56,255 nt of DNA, filler included, from Sphacelaria rigidula (GCA_964200075.2; 5 parts of 5 records of this genome joined end to end with filler, not necessarily neighbours in it), one strand, 5' to 3'; counted from the first letter of the whole stretch, positions 25,833-41,100 are shown. The notes: generated by a model not told the origin, from the letters alone. Made by a program: numbers and translations.

Positions 25833-28800
25833 TGTCCTTGTCGACTCCAGGCTTCCACAATCATCGATGCTTGAAGTACTCTCTTCAGTGACATCCAATT
25901 GCCTTTTTAAATATGGTCGTTCATCTACAGTAAGTACTGTAACATGTGCGTACTCTGTGTAAATGGCCGATGGAATCTCCCCATGCTGATACCGCTGTCA
26001 TTCGAAAACCTTTTTTTTTTCAATCGTTGCCTTCGTGGGATTGATGGTATTTGCGTGCAGGTCGCACGGAAGTCCTTCGCCCCTTCCTAACAAAAATGGG
26101 CTTATTTCCTCCTCGCCGGAACCCCGAGACCGCTCCAATACGCATGGAAGAGTTGCGTGCTCTGGTACGAAAGTGGAATCTTCACCACAAAAGAAATTTC
26201 TGGAGAGAAAACCCAACCAAGGTATGCGTAAGAGATGATGAACCGTTTTGCAACATGCTCAAGTCGCGGGCTGCAGTACGACGTATCTATTATCAGTGTT
26301 GCGCTCCGCTCCACCTCTAGTATGGACCCCCCTGTGACTGAGGGCTCATGCTCTGCATTTCGCGGATCGGGGCTAGGGTTGGGCTGGGTCGGATCAGGTC
26401 GGGTCGGGTTGGGCGGTGTGAACAGTACAGCACAGCGGAATAACACTTCAGTCCCCGAAAAAGGGTGGACACGAACGGGTACATCAAATTATTCTGCCTA
26501 GATTCTCTACTTGCTAGCAAAAAGAGGATCGAAAATGAAACATTGGTATCTTTGCAGCGAAAACGTCGGGCAAAAAGTTCATACAGTATCCCACTCAGGA
26601 AGAGGATCAACGGCCGTCATGTACCACCGTCGGAAACATGTGCTCGACCTTTATTTCGCATATCCCGGCACCTACATGTACTCACACCCGACGCTTGACA
26701 TCTTCAGGGTAGCTACAATGCACCGCATTACAAGGTATTCGTTTGCAGTGGTATTGGTGCAATATTGCGGCAAAGCCGCAGTCATCTGCATAACTGTCGC
26801 ACGTTCTTTCCAAGAACAGTCAGTTTGAACCAGAATGTCGAGATCGCCAGTTTGTATGTGCAGAGAGATTTCTCCCCTGATGTGTGTAAACTAGACAACG
26901 GCCGTCGCAGGTGCAGTTCTCACTGTAAACTGCCTGAGAGGTGCGAAACTCTCATATCTGTACAGCCGACTCTGGGACCCTGGGCAACAGGAGATCTTGC
27001 CGGTGAACTACCATCAAGCCTCCTGGGAATCACTTGAACTCGACATCTGCCCCTAACTGGTGCCTAGTGATCCAACACAGCCTAAACACTCGACTATAAT
27101 TACCTCCTTGCCCACATAACACGAGGAAAATCATCGGTCACCCTTCGACGGTTGCTACCGTCCACCGGAAGTCTCACGACCTCCACAGAGTCATTTATTA
27201 TAAAGTAAACAGTGCTGCTTCAGTTCGCAGCCGACTGACACAGAAAAGGATATAATCAATGCGCTGATTGACAAGCAAGGCTGGTCTCTCGGGCATTGTA
27301 TGGGGCGCAGAGTGACTGTCATGTGAACAACGTTGGGGTGGGATGTGCTGTCTGCCGTTGGTTGGGAACACCCGCCGCACTTTTTAAGTTTCAAGCTGCG
27401 AGATCCCTCAGATCCGAACGGTAAAAAGCGAGAGAAATCCACAGAAACAATAGCATCGCTTTTCTCGCGGGCGACTTTCTTTGCAGGACAGACCCTGACG
27501 AGACGCTCGACAGTATTGCAAGGGCATCGCTGCACCTTGAGCAATCTGACAGTATCTGATGTGGGTACCACCAGCTGAGAGTCGGTGAAACTAGTACTAA
27601 GTCCAAGTCAAACACAGTCATCACACTTTTTGACGGAGTTCAAGTGCATCGTTTCATTGCCCCCTCGATAAAATGGCACCAAATCATTTGTAACATGTAC
27701 CTCATTATCCCCCGAAGACGTGGGCCCTTTGACAGTCGGGGAGACTCATTTTCGTTGGAGATCATAGCCCTCAAAGATCGTTACGTCTGTACCGCGATCA
27801 CATACTCTAAACGGAAGTGAATACGCGACAAGAGCAAGATTTCCCACAGAGTTTTTAGCTTTGGTCGTGTTTCAATAGACACACGAATGCACTGGCGTAA
27901 ACCCCCCTGTATAAAGCTCTTGTAATCAGCAGAGTCCCTTGCTATTCGTTGTGAAAGATTGACGGTTTGGGAGCCAATGCGCGTTGCTGCAGTCTGTAAA
28001 GCCATCACCTACTCTAGAATCAAGGGAAATGCCGCGACGACTACATCTCCCGAAGATTGTGAGCTTCGATAACCTCGTTTCACTGAACACCCACCTAGAT
28101 GAGTTGGCGAGGAACTTCCTCCGATAGAGCCTTCATGACTAGTAGAGTACTTACCGTCCTGCAGTTTTGCACAGACCTTCGTTGGGAAGTCGAAACAGCT
28201 GCTACAGACGGTCTGTATCATCAGTCAACTCTGAAACAAGTGGCAATGTGGTTAGGGATGAGTTCCCTCAACGGTCTTCAGCTTCAACAATGCCATCCCA
28301 TTGGCCAACTTCAAGATATGGCGTGGAATCACTCGCTGAAGGTACCTTATCAATCCAAAATACGTGAAGCTCTCTGGAGTTGTCGAGACTTCTACTCTGC
28401 CACCGCAGTGGGAGCTCTCAACACTGCTAGGCGAGTTTGCTACGGTGGAGGGTATACCCCGCTGAGGCGACAACCCCCTTCCTTATTCGTCGGTAACGAA
28501 CAGTTTTCGCCCCAAATCTTGGTTAGCTATGGGATTCCACTTCATCTACATTTCGGCAACAGATGCCCATATTTTCACAGTCATGTGTACTCACTGGTTG
28601 ATGAAAATGGATTCGCTTAAACATTGGTCGACTGCAAAGAGGCGAACTCGGCGCGCAAAAAATATAAGGCAGCCAGGTGCTACACTTGCATCAAAGGTAC
28701 AATTACGACTGTGGAGAGGTTGATCATTTATCAGCACATATTCATATACGTATCGATATATCGGAACCTCAGTGATCATGTCAACGAGATATTCACAGGC

Positions 28801-29260
28801 CGACGTATCAGGGTGGAAATATAGATTTCGTCGATGTTTTAGGCCAGTGTGGGTCGATATGTCCACTTATGCAATCGATGCAGGTGGTGTAGACTCATAT
28901 AGAAGCGACCACTGGCGATGAAGGATGGAAAAGCATTACACTCGACCACCTCAAGCATGATGCCACTTCGTACATCATGGTACTGGCCGAGTGCCCGTCC
29001 CGCCACGAACGACAACACATATAGTTGCCAACTTCAGTTGACATCGGGAGAGGCAAATACCACGGGTTAATGGTGGTATTTGTAAGGCCGATACCTGAGG
29101 AAGGAGAGAGGAGACGACGAGGATACATTCCGGAAAATACAATGGGGGATCAAGAACGGACCGCGATTACCATGCTAGGGGTCGAAGGGACGAGAAGTGT
29201 TGTTCGCAGTAAAATACAATTTTCTGATTCGAGGTCTATAGTGCATGGAGATTATACGGC

Positions 29261-29475
29261 ACGATAGTTCTTCATATGGCTGAGATGAATGCTGACCTCT
29301 GGTCGTTCGCCATTTTGTCTGGCACGATGGACGACATATGAGAGCCGACTGCGGACAATGTATGGACCGAGCCATGCGTCAATATGCTTAGGGGTTCATA
29401 CCGTCCCTTTTCGTGTAGGGGTGATAAATCAATACCTGATCACCAGTCACGAACTTGGCTAGAAACAGTTTATCC
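29261..29475 (-). pseudogene. Ty3/Gypsy integrase C-terminal (GPY/F) remnant
   Basis: KFVTGDQVLIYHPY..GMNP (frameshift) ..AWLGPYIVRSRLSYVVHR..EVSIHLSHMKNY. A possible decayed zinc knuckle (PCKGKLGHAE) lies upstream near 31150. Confidence 0.65.
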
Positions 29476-32400
29476 TTTGCAACCGCTTGCTGGTCAGGGG
29501 CTTGAACCTTTCCGTGAAGTTTCGACTACCAATTCTTGTGTCAGCCGGAATTGGTCGACGGTTACAGTGTTGGGGCGGGTACGGCACTAGCGTGGTGGTA
29601 CTCCAAGGATGACATCGGTGGGCTGTACGGCGAGAAGCTTGAGCTCGAAAACATGGGGCCTTTCTGAAGTGACTACAATAAGCAGTTTTATGTTTTCTCC
29701 TTTACGTTTGCGTGTTACCGTCTTCTCGAGTTCCTTTCAGCGACTGTTTCCGTCCATTTACCTTACGTACGCCTACCCTGTGACCCCGGCTGTACCCGAA
29801 GCGGATCTGTTCCTGTCCGACCATAAACCCACACACCAGTCGTCACAACCTCGCCCATTATACCAAGGATTTTGAAACTGCATTTAGCTCTAGTTGTTCG
29901 TCACCAACGAACAAGCAGAGTTTGTATTTTCAATAACCAGTGAGTTGTGCGGGGGGGGGGCACTTTTTACAACGTGAAATGGGCTTTGTGTATTGCTTAC
30001 GAGCAACTACAATCGACCCAGATACTCAGGAACAGTCTGGACGTGATATTTCCCCGCAAGTGACGAGGCGTGGTTCGACAGTGACTCTGCACCCTTACAT
30101 TGCTTTCAGGTCTACAAAGGCCTTCAACGACTGTCTCGTACCGTCGTTTCAGGGTGAAGCATTCACACGCCGCGACCGAATGATCAGACGTAAAGAAAGA
30201 CAGAATGTTCGATTGGCCCAATCGGGAATCGCACTAAACTTGGGGCACGCGGTGTTCATCAAAAACATACCACCAGGGCCAGGACAAGGCACTAGCATTG
30301 CTTCGATGAAACAAGTTGCTAAACTTAAGGCTGGAAATTGTGAATCGTAGTATTTTGTACCAGTGAATCGTTGGCTGGACGTTGATCAACAGAAATCGGT
30401 GGAGCGGGAGACAAGATCCGCGCTACTATTAATAGGATGTTTTGAATGTTGAGATTTAAGTGGCGGTTCAAAACTTACGACAGGGATCATAGGCCAATGT
30501 GTTGAATAGGCAGTGATAATAAGGTGCTCGTGTGAGCTAGCGACGAGGCAGTCACCATCGATGTTGTTCATCGTGCGATGTGCTGTCGTTCGAGTGGAAG
30601 AGACGTAAACTCGCGTAAGGTGTTCCTGGATTGAGAAGAATAAACACGTTTTCAAGACTGCTGCTGTAAAACACAAAGAACGGGCGATGGGGAATCTAAT
30701 CACGTGACGGTGCGTAATTTGCATTGGGCGCTCTCGAAGCAGACTGGGACTCATTTGTTGGGAAATTATATCCACCTGCCATTGCTAGATTGATTGAAGG
30801 CATATGTGTGATGGTACGCGTACTACACGAAGTAGCTGACAGGACACTCCGGTTTATACCGCGAAACGACCGGCTACTTGCTACTGACGTGGAAATATTT
30901 TCAGTTATTTTGACGTCCCTGCTGGATACCGGTTAATGAGCTGATGACTTCCCGTGGCAGGCGTGGACGACGAGCTCATGGGGTACTATCAGTCATCACA
31001 ACCGAGGACGTTTTGTTCGAGATCTTGAGCTTGGAGTTTTTAGTTTTTGCCGTGTCTTGTGCCACCTCAACCACCGCCGCTAGTGCCGTCCCCGCCAGAA
31101 TTTCGGCGACGAGCTCTGACGAAGTATTTTGCCTCTGCATGCCCCAGCTTACCCTTGCAGGGCTTGTAGGTTCACCACGGCCGCTGGGCGGCGGCTGCTT
31201 CTTCTACTGATGTAGGGATTGCAGGCGAGGGCGACGAGGCGGTCGCCGACCGTGCTGAGGACGTTTGTTGCGACTTGATGAAACATCACCTCGGGACGTA
31301 CCTGCGCCAGTCCACGGGATCGCAGGCGCACTTGCAACTGCGATACCGCGCGACGAGTTGAAGATTTGCGTAAACGCCAAATAATGGACGGTAACGGTTG
31401 CAAGCAATGCCGCGTCATGATGGTGATGGTGATGACGATGGCGTTCTCGGTGTACGGCGACTACGACGACCTTAAATGAATGTTGCTGCTGGCTTCTTGG
31501 AGGGTTGCATGCATTGCATCACCGGTTTCAGATCGTGCCGTTACCGTGATAAAGACTGCTGGCCAAGGATCGCGGTCGAAGGTTCGGCGAGCGCGAGAGA
31601 TGGAAGCTTAAAATCCGGCATTGCACGCCGGCAGTTTCGGATTCATCCTATTGGAGTGTTCTCAAGCGAGGCACACGTTCTTCAAGGGAAGTAGCTGGCG
31701 TGAAAAGAGCCGGCACGACTTTTCTGAGTTCCTTCCAATCAACGCGGGAACTGATGAAACGTTTCGCACGAGGATCATGTAACGAGACGTTTTGGATGTC
31801 CGTCTTTCATCAGACAACTTTTCTCGAACATGAAGTGAAGCGGACCGTCACAACTGAAGAAAATCAAACCCTGCTTGATCAGCGTAATTATCATCATTGG
31901 GACGAGCAACGACGGGGAGACAGAAATATTGACCCATGATCTCAGGTATGTCGGCATCGACGGAGGCGTTTAAGGTGGGAATCATACAGGCGTCAACAGC
32001 GGCGATATGATAGTCTTTCGGCTTATTCAACACATGTGCAAACGTGTGGTGGAGTTGAAAATTGCTCAACACTGACGGAGGCGGTTCCGGCACCGGTAGA
32101 CGGCGGCGATGTGTTAGACACGGTGTACCGCTCTGGCGTACCAAGAACTGCACCATCTCCCGAGCGTCCTTTAGCACGTCGGAGATTTTCCGCTAGCTGG
32201 CTGCACTTGTGCTGCGTTGATGGTGGTTTATGCATTGATAAGACACGTGTAAGCTGTTTGGGACAAGAAGGTTGTGCAGCACGGCTAGAAGGCACGGCCG
32301 CGGGGACCAGTGGGTCGCCGCAGGGATATGCCAGGATGATCGAATGTGTGGATTGGGGGGAACAAGTGTATCCCTTCCGGATGAAATGCCAAATTTCGAA

Positions 32401-33649
32401 TTTCGATTCTCCCCTGCGTTTCACCGAATGTCAACGCCTGAGCCGCAGCCGAAGCAGTAAGTACCTCTTGGGACAGGTACCTCGGCGGGGATGGTTGTGA
32501 AGAGATACCAACGGTACCGACAGCGTCAGCCTCGGGAAACCTGCGATGCTTGGAGATGTATCGATGACGGTGAACCTCTTGTTACTCATGATCTGAATCA
32601 CGACCATCCACCACGTAGTTGTCCTTTCGGTTTACAACGAAGTTGTGTTGGGCGAGTACATATTCACTTGTGGTACGTCGCCGCACGCAAAACCAACTCA
32701 GCCTACTGCTGTCCATTTTAGGTTTTGAACTTTGCCGACGTCGCCAGCTGAAGCTGACATCCACAAATGTGAGGGCGATTTCCTCGGGGATCATAGATGT
32801 CAGCTACTGGGACACGACGATGCATTCGATCTCACGCGTGGATTTTGAAATGGACACGGGTGATAGCGAGGAGAGGTACGGCTCTGGTCAGCCGCCCCTC
32901 TCCCTGGAATATGACAATACTCGGTAGGCGGAATAGACAATAGCCTGGGGGAACAGAACGTCTGTTAGGGGCGTTCCCGGATGCACACGGAGGAATCAAT
33001 ATTCCCGACGCATGCGTGTGGACATTTTTGGACATGAATGTGTATTCCTCGTCAATAATAGATTGTTTTGTTTATCTTAGTCACCAAGGAATCACCGATT
33101 ATTTGGTACTCGATCGTACTCCAATGATACGTGAATGGTGCTCAAATTTCATGCCCAGGGTATTTGTTTCAGCACTCACGCCATGTTGTGATATGATGTA
33201 CCATACAAAGCATGTCAGAGGTTCACTTCCTCCCTGTCTTGTGGTAAAGTTGGTCCGGTTCTCTGCCTGAGGTATGCCGTGACTGTGGTCGGTCCAGAGT
33301 ACATGTCGGGAGCAGGTCATGTTTGTCGTGATGTCGACTGATACGGTTGTCAACAACACTGGGTCACCACACTCGAACAGTTTCTAAGAACCGATGTATC
33401 TCTTCACATGTGGGGCACCGCGTGGTAATGAAATCTGCGCGTGATTAACTTGACCGAGCAGGAATATGTACATTTCAACCGACGGAAATCAGGCTAAGCA
33501 GAAGTCCAAGCTCTTGCAATGACAGTCTGCACCCCACCAGTCTATGTAGGCTTGAGTATGGTGTCTCGGATCAAAATATTCAGTGCGCCGGCTTGTGTGG
33601 TGAGCATCATGAGTGTCGTCCGTGGGGGTTCGCCGTTGTCACGATATGG

Positions 33650-33717
33650 AACAGCCGATCATCTATGTTGAGGATGGTGCTTTTGATTGAGGATGAGAAC
33701 CCGGAGGATTAAAATCT
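33650..33717. repeat. Terminus of the palindromic element family seen at 43915-44466
   Basis: AACAGCCGATCATCT..TTGAGGATGG..ATTGAGGATGAGAACCCG matches 43915-43980. Confidence 0.75.
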
Positions 33718-33817
33718 NNNNNNNNNNNNNNNNNNNNNNNNNNNNNNNNNNNNNNNNNNNNTTAATTAATTAANNNNNNNNNNNNNNNNNNNNNNNNNNN
33801 NNNNNNNNNNNNNNNNN
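33718..33817. other. Artificial contig-join spacer
   Basis: N44-TTAATTAATTAA-N44. Confidence 0.98.
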
Positions 33818-35175
33818 CTTGCACTCTGTGACCACGGGTTCGAGAGATCGAGCTAATGTGATTGATATAATAATAATAATAATAATGCGACAGAGGACTG
33901 GATAATCTATGTGGTTTACTATGCACACAAAAATTAAGCCGATAGTCTAATTTCCATGTTAGCAGGAAAGCAGAAATATGGCTGCTTGAGAGCTTGCCCT
34001 AGCAGGAGCCAGTGCTAGCAGTCTCCGTTGAGCATTCGTGGGAGTTGGGTCAATCAGAATATATTATACCATACTTCAGTATGCTCCATGGATTGGTTTC
34101 AACGATTTGCAGTAGCATCGTTGACTACTACAAAAGTATTAGAGGTGCAGCAGTAGTATCTCAAACTCGAGATTTCCGGTACATTTAACCCTTAGACCGC
34201 GAGGTTAGTCTTCTGTTGAATCGGTATCAATTTCAAGTGAAAAAAAGTATGGATGATCCAGAAAGACTAATCTCGTGGTCTATGGGTTAAAGTCGTAAAC
34301 CGCGAGGGTAGCCCATTTGGATCATGCATACTTCGTTCAGGTGAAATTGATGCCGATTCAACAGACGACCTACACTCGCACAGGGCTAGGCCGTGTCTGA
34401 CCGATCGCGAGACAAAAAAAACAAGCACGAAGAGGAGCGAGGGTCCAAAAGCAGCATGCTGATAAGTCGCCACAGCCGTAGACCCGCCCGACGATCCATC
34501 AAGAACTACTTCCTGCTGTGGACGTTTGTTCATTTTCGTGCGTGTTCTTTTTGTCTCGATAAGATACGGCTTTAACAGTCATTTGCCGTCAAACCTACCG
34601 GGAATCTTGAGTTTGAGATCCCTTTCTTCACGTTCGAGTTTTAACCGTTTGGCCGCAAGGGTAGGACATATATAAACTTTTCTCTCATTTTGCAAGTGAA
34701 ACATCATGCTAATTCAACAGATGTCCCACTCCTGCGGTCAAATTAAGAGTTGAACGCTCAAGACCTGAAGAGAAGTGAGAATCCTCTCCACCGAGGACAA
34801 CCATCATGATAACATGCCGAAATAATTCGTTTGGAATGCCTCATCTGGTATCTGATATGCACGTACCGTATCCTACAACGGAGATCCAAACAAACATGTT
34901 CGGAGTCGAATTTTTGCGACCACCAGGAGATAATTATGCTCAACCTTTTATCACGAAACATACATTTTCGGGCCATTCTCACTATTATATTATTATGTTC
35001 TGGCTGTTATGCAAAGATCCAAGACAACTGCTTCGCACCCTTGCCCACGGCTCTTCACGCTGCTGGTGCTTCTGTAGTGAGCCACTATACCACGTGCCGC
35101 CACCCTCACAGACTCCAACTGGCTCGACAAGTTACCGAAGACCCGAAGCTCCTGTAACCATTCGTTCGCGGTTTG

Positions 35176-38100
35176 ATGTCGTCATCATCGACAGCACAAA
35201 CGCAATCCCGTGCGGTTCCACCCACGAGCGAGGTGCCTTTTTTTTCGAGCTTGCATGGAAGGGAGCGCCGTAATTTAAGGGGAATCGAGCGCAGGGATCT
35301 GCAGGCAGCCGTCAAGCACGGAAAGAGGGAACCAGGTTGGCCTGACCCTTCCACCGGAGAGCCAAGGTGAATGAGTAGATGAACGATGGCAACAGGGTGG
35401 GTCGAATGGCGTCTCGGTACGAGGTGAAGTATGTTCTTGTTGTCGCGTTTGAAACGAGGAGAGGAGTGGATCTACTGTGTGCTCAAAACGTACTTCCCAT
35501 TTCAGCCGGCAACAGTATGATCGGCCGACATGCATAATACGCCGGTATGCGTGATGAAATGATACAAGATCAGGAGGTGTCAACGGAGAGTCAGGATCTC
35601 CAGCTTCTCCTGTCGAGGTCGTTGTCCTTGTCCTGATGCCGAAGGTACTTCCAGCGTGGGGTACCTTACGTGCTTCCGTGTCATTCAGACAAGAAAGTGG
35701 TCAGGCAGCGAGTCGTGCCTTCATGCGCACTCGGGCTTGTAATAATGTCGTATGGGTGACGCACGGAATGTCTAGGGTAACACAACTCGGCGCTGGTGGG
35801 TGATCAGACCCTTTCAGGTTCGTTCGCCCCATACCCCGTACAACTACGATAAGAATTTCGCCGTGACAAAACGCAGGTCAGAGGCGTATGTCTCTATCTT
35901 TTGACAGACACGCATTAACGTGGTTCCCACGTACACTTTCGTGGAATTTCCACCGACAGGTCGCTGGAACCCACGACTACGAAAATGCTCTGCTTGGTGC
36001 AAGAGTGAACTTGCTGCAAGGAGAGTGGATTCGCAGAAAGATAAAATATGCACACACCCTCTTCAGCTACCCCAGTACTGTGAGGATAGATGCGCGTTAC
36101 CACCGGCACACAAGACTTTTGAACTTGGAAAATCAAGCCGGACCCTCATGATTCTTCGCAAAGTCTGATCTCATCGCAAGAATTTTTGCCAAATACCGGC
36201 GACAGGCCTACTCTAGTACGTGCACGTAGTATACATGGTCGTGCGACTTTCTGTAGAGCAACACTCGCATGCATGTCACTCTACATATTTCTCCATTCGT
36301 TTGATAAATTCATATATTTCAGGTGGAAGTACACCTGGGCCGGCATCGTCTACATCACGGACGCATCCTCAACGGTTGAAGTAACGTCATACGCTGAGTC
36401 CATCGAGATTCCTACTGCCGAGCTGACGTCCGATGATGTAGCCGAGCACGAGGCCTCCAAGGAAAGGATTCGGCGAGATCCTTCCCTTTGCACATCGCAC
36501 ACGGTGATCGTCGTGGACCAGTCGGGCTCTATGCGTACGTCCGATGTATTCGACTTCAAGAATAGATCGCAGGCCGTTTTCGGTATGCTCGCGCTGGATT
36601 TCGTCGCCAAGCAACGCTTATCCGGGGAAGCCAGCGCTACAGATGTGGTGTCGCTTGTGCTCATGCATGATGAAGCTGAAGTGGCCTTCGAGCGGGAGCC
36701 GATGGGCCTCATTCTGTATAACAAGTTCGTCGACCTTCACAACAATGGGGTTCCGAGGTCGCACGGCAACTTCTTGCCGGCACTTGAGCTGGCCCAGTCG
36801 TTGCTGGAGGAAGAGTGCCATGGCAGCTGTGCGATGTCGTTACTGTTTCTATCCGACGGGAAGCCCAGTGACCCGACGGAAAAGTTGTATCCATCAGGAC
36901 CTCCCCGGGAAGAACTCATTGCCAGTGAAGTAGCCTCTCTAGCGGAATCGTTCGGGCAGCAGCTGTCTGTGTCTACCCTCGGCTTTGCCAACCGCGACCA
37001 AGATTTCTCGGTATTGGAGAAAATGGCCAAGGCTGCGCAAGATGCAGGGGCCAGTGGCGAGTTTCATCGCCCCGAGCTGTCGTCCGCTGGCCTGGGCACC
37101 GCCATCGCCCGCACCGTATCCTCACTTACGGCCACGAGAACCAGGTTAACACTATTGGCCGAGCAGAGTGGGCCGCGGCGGCCTGTGCGGCAAGTAGCAA
37201 GGGAAAGGGCAGGTGGCTTCTGGGATTGCGTGCCGACCCGTGGTGACACCGACAATGAGCTAGCAAACGGCGAGGGTGTTTCGTCCGGATGGGTGATTCG
37301 CAACAAGAAAGTCGAGCGCTGGAAGTATGTACATCGACGGAGGGACGATCGTAGGGACCCATGGATGCCACGGAAATTTCACTCTGACCAAGCCGACTGC
37401 GTCGCGATCCGACGCAAAACTCTGGGGGAGGGAGCGGAGCGCATCGTCTTTGGGTTGCGGGTGTGCGCGTACTCGCAAGCAGTTTGGAGCGATATAGGAG
37501 AGCTCCAACAACATGATCTCTCTGTATATAATGCATGTAGCTCCGGTGGTAGGGTCACGATGTTTCGAGGTAGCGACTCCTGCCCAAGAGCACAAAAAGT
37601 TTTTTGCTCCATCTGTTTGTGCCCATACATACTTATGGGCGTACCGTATGCATTAAACCACCTACCAAGTATTGTGTTATGTGAACAAACGTGTTACCAG
37701 CCATAGGCATGGGACAACTTAATATTCTCACCCATGGTTTCACTGGCCATCCACCACTATTCACGGAACTGTCCGCGCTTGCTCCTTCCTCAGGAATTTG
37801 ACTCCCGTACCTGGGCGTTTGTTGGGCCACGAATGGTAGCGAAGGAGAGCGTACACGTGTCCACGGACGAAAATGACCGAATCGGTTTTCACAAGAAGTT
37901 CATCCAGACCCAGCAGACTGCCAGGCGCTTTACCAACAAGTTTAATAAGGTGGTGAGGGAGCGCCTGGCCGTTCAAAGGTTTAAGCGCCCTCACGTGTGG
38001 GAGGTGACGTTTGTGGACTGCAGCGTGTACTCATACCACCGTCAGAAACCGGACGACGATCCTTCAGAGAGAACCCAGCAAGGTGTTCTCGTCGAGAAGT

Positions 38101-41100
38101 TTCTGGAAGGACACTACACCAAGTGGAACGGCAACAATGGATACGTAGCTGGTGCTTCCACCGAACCGGATGACGAACGGCAGGCCCGTGCAAAGGAGAT
38201 GATGAAGGTGAGTGTGCACATTTCGTAGCTACGAGCAACTTGGAACGTACGCCCGGAATAGCACCGCTATTGATCAAGAGTATCACAAAGTATGCCCTGC
38301 TCGTAGGCCGTTTCTTTGTTCTTGGTATATGTTAACCCTTTTGGACCCTATTGACGATTTTTGTTGTTGTGGATCGGCATCATTTTGACTTGGAAATGAC
38401 TGAAAATGATGCCGATTCACAACAACAAAAATCGTCACTGGGGTCCCAAAGGGTTGAAAAAATGGAGCAAAACATGCGCGGCACACGAAGCATATTACTG
38501 CACTATGTATATATGCGGCACCCGTGGATGACGACTACGGCCTACCTCACCCAGGACGGATGGCGAAAAAGGAACAGTGTCTCACTCGGTGTGTGGGGTA
38601 TGAAGCGTGTGGGCACGCGATGTGGACTAGGAGTTGGTAGCTCTTGCTCAGAGACTGGGCCAAAGTTTACGCTTGGACAAAATAGACACGGTCCATGACG
38701 GAGCCGTGCCCAGAGTGGGAAGCATGAAGCTAGGTCGGACTGGAAATGGTAGGAGTTGGTACCTCGCACTGAACCGTACCGACTCCGGTTTCAGAACCGT
38801 TCCTGGTGGTAATTCACTCTACGACAGAGGGTGGGGGGGGGTTCGGGCCATTGTATGGGCGAAAATGCCACTTCTAATCGTCGTTGAATGCAGCAACTTT
38901 TGTTCGGATGCACTTGGTACCGATAATATGCACTCGCTCATACTCCTTGACACCGTTTTCACCCCCGTAGAAGCGCATCGCGAGTGTGTCAGGTCGTCTG
39001 ACACGCCCATGCGCCCCTGTTTTTCGTGCAATCAACCCGCCCCCCCCTCGCCATGTCGTGGGATCACGCCGATGCCTTGTACCGAACCGTCCTGGCTCCT
39101 ACCAGGCTGGTTGGTTGTACGCTCGAGAATCTACGCATGATAACTATATTCTACACATATTCTGCACAAGATTCACCTGAGCATTCAACCCTTGACTAAA
39201 CAGTCAACTTCAAAGCTCGAACCTTCACGTACAGGTTTACGTTGAAAGTCAGAGGTTCAGCATAAAGTTACATCGGTTGCTTGCCCACTGTACACTTTTG
39301 GGGTGAATGGCTTGACCGCAGTGCAAAGCTTAGCCGACAAAATACAAACTTCGCGTTACGCCTTCTGGAAAGCAGATTACTCTGCATCGAAGCATACAGC
39401 AAAACACAGTGAGAGGAACAGGCATGCCAGCTTGAGGAAGGGTCAGGCAGGCATAATCGAGAACCGATTAATACAGCAACGGCTTGATCATGTAGTATGC
39501 TGGGATGTCACAGCATCCGCTGAGCTATCAGCCAGCGCTGATCAATAGAGCCAAATGGGTATTATGATATCTCAATAGAACACAGTGTATCGATTAAAAC
39601 GATACATGAATGCAGACATCTTAACCAAGTTTTCAGGGTAACGCCGACTGATAGCCCAGTGGTTTACTTAATGAAGCGTTGTGTGTTGACATCTTCACTA
39701 AGAGCTTTGGGACAGTAAATCGATTGATGGATGGATTCATTGGTTGTCGCACTTTATTGATCCCCCAGGGATCTAGCCGTGGTCACATTATAGAGGGTAC
39801 CCGAGGCAAAACAGAACTAAAACACTGGCTGAAGAAAGACGAAGAAACAGACAAGGTAGAGCAGAACAGCAGAGTAGACTAGGACAGAAGAACAAAATAC
39901 GTGAATAACAAGAGAAGAGAAATAAATAAAAAATGGCCGGCCTCTGCCACATTGCTTCGGTGGAAAAGGTCTTGTGCAGAGCCGCACTCATGCCCAGTGG
40001 TGGCAGGAAACAAAAGACCGTGGGAGAAGAAACGAAAAGCTCGCGAGTAACAGTTTGTTGCTGCTGGGTAGGTAGACCTGTACGTGTTGTTGAAGAATAG
40101 CGTGAGGTAAACCTACAAACTCACGTAACATTGGATGATTCGTTGAATGGTTCTACAGAGAAACACACCGAGGTGCAAACACTTTAGGCAACAATAAGCA
40201 CGGTGAAGCTACGTAATAGCAGTATTGATTATGGAGTTGACAGCCCTGGGGTGAAGCTAGGGTTCAACCTATAGACCAAGGGAAATACTAAAAGACAGAC
40301 TGAACAGCTTGAACGGACCCCGGAATTAACTGTCGTTGATATATCACAATAACCGCCAGGGTGTCGGCCAGCCGCTGATTGGTAGCTCAGTGGTTTTTGT
40401 GATATCTCAACATACATGGTACAGTCCCCCACTCCGAGCAGCGGGCGGTGGCGGCATACAAAAAGGGCGACGGGGTGGCCATCTCTTTTTGTAGCGGTTG
40501 CCAGTAAGTACCCTTGGCGCGCACGATAATTGGTTTCTGCCGCCACCTGACCCTATTCTGGATGTGAAAAGGCGAACAAGCGGCGACTCCGTGAGGGAGA
40601 TAAATGTCCGACGATGAAATGAATGCGGCCTGGGTGGTCAGCACACCACAGCAGTAACGATGGGGAATGTGATCGCAGATGATTACAGTAACCCCAGTGT
40701 CATATGTCGCTGCTGCACAAGCATCATGCCGGTACCCGAATCTAGCTTTGAGGTAGTGGTGCGCAAACACTGTATTATTCGAAGATTGTCCTGCTGGCGG
40801 CAGGTGGCGAAACTATGAGGTACCACCACTAGTTTTCTGCACTACAGGGCTATTATACTTGTATTGCAATCCGCATATGCATACATGCTGAGTATCAGGT
40901 AAAAAATCTCGCTTGCCGATGATTTCCGGCGATTTTTGCTGTGTAGCAGTGAACAGCCACCTACAACGGGCTCTTTTGTTGTTGATAGGGCTCGGTTGCA
41001 AAAGGGTTACTCTGACCGTTCAGATGAAGGTTTAGCTTGAAGGTCGACTTTTATGGTGAAAGTCCAACTCAACGTCGACTTTTACCCTGACGGTGCAACC

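Noticed and set aside
26370-26415. Telomere seed or Gly-rich ORF
   Set aside because: Degenerate GGGTY pentamer microsatellite only.
34267-34533. First exon of a gene divergent from the kinase
   Set aside because: ATG plus a hydrophobic stretch, but no recognisable homology or downstream exons.
36186-37706. 506-aa single-exon ORF
   Set aside because: Its ends are intron read-through; only 36323-37460 is exon.
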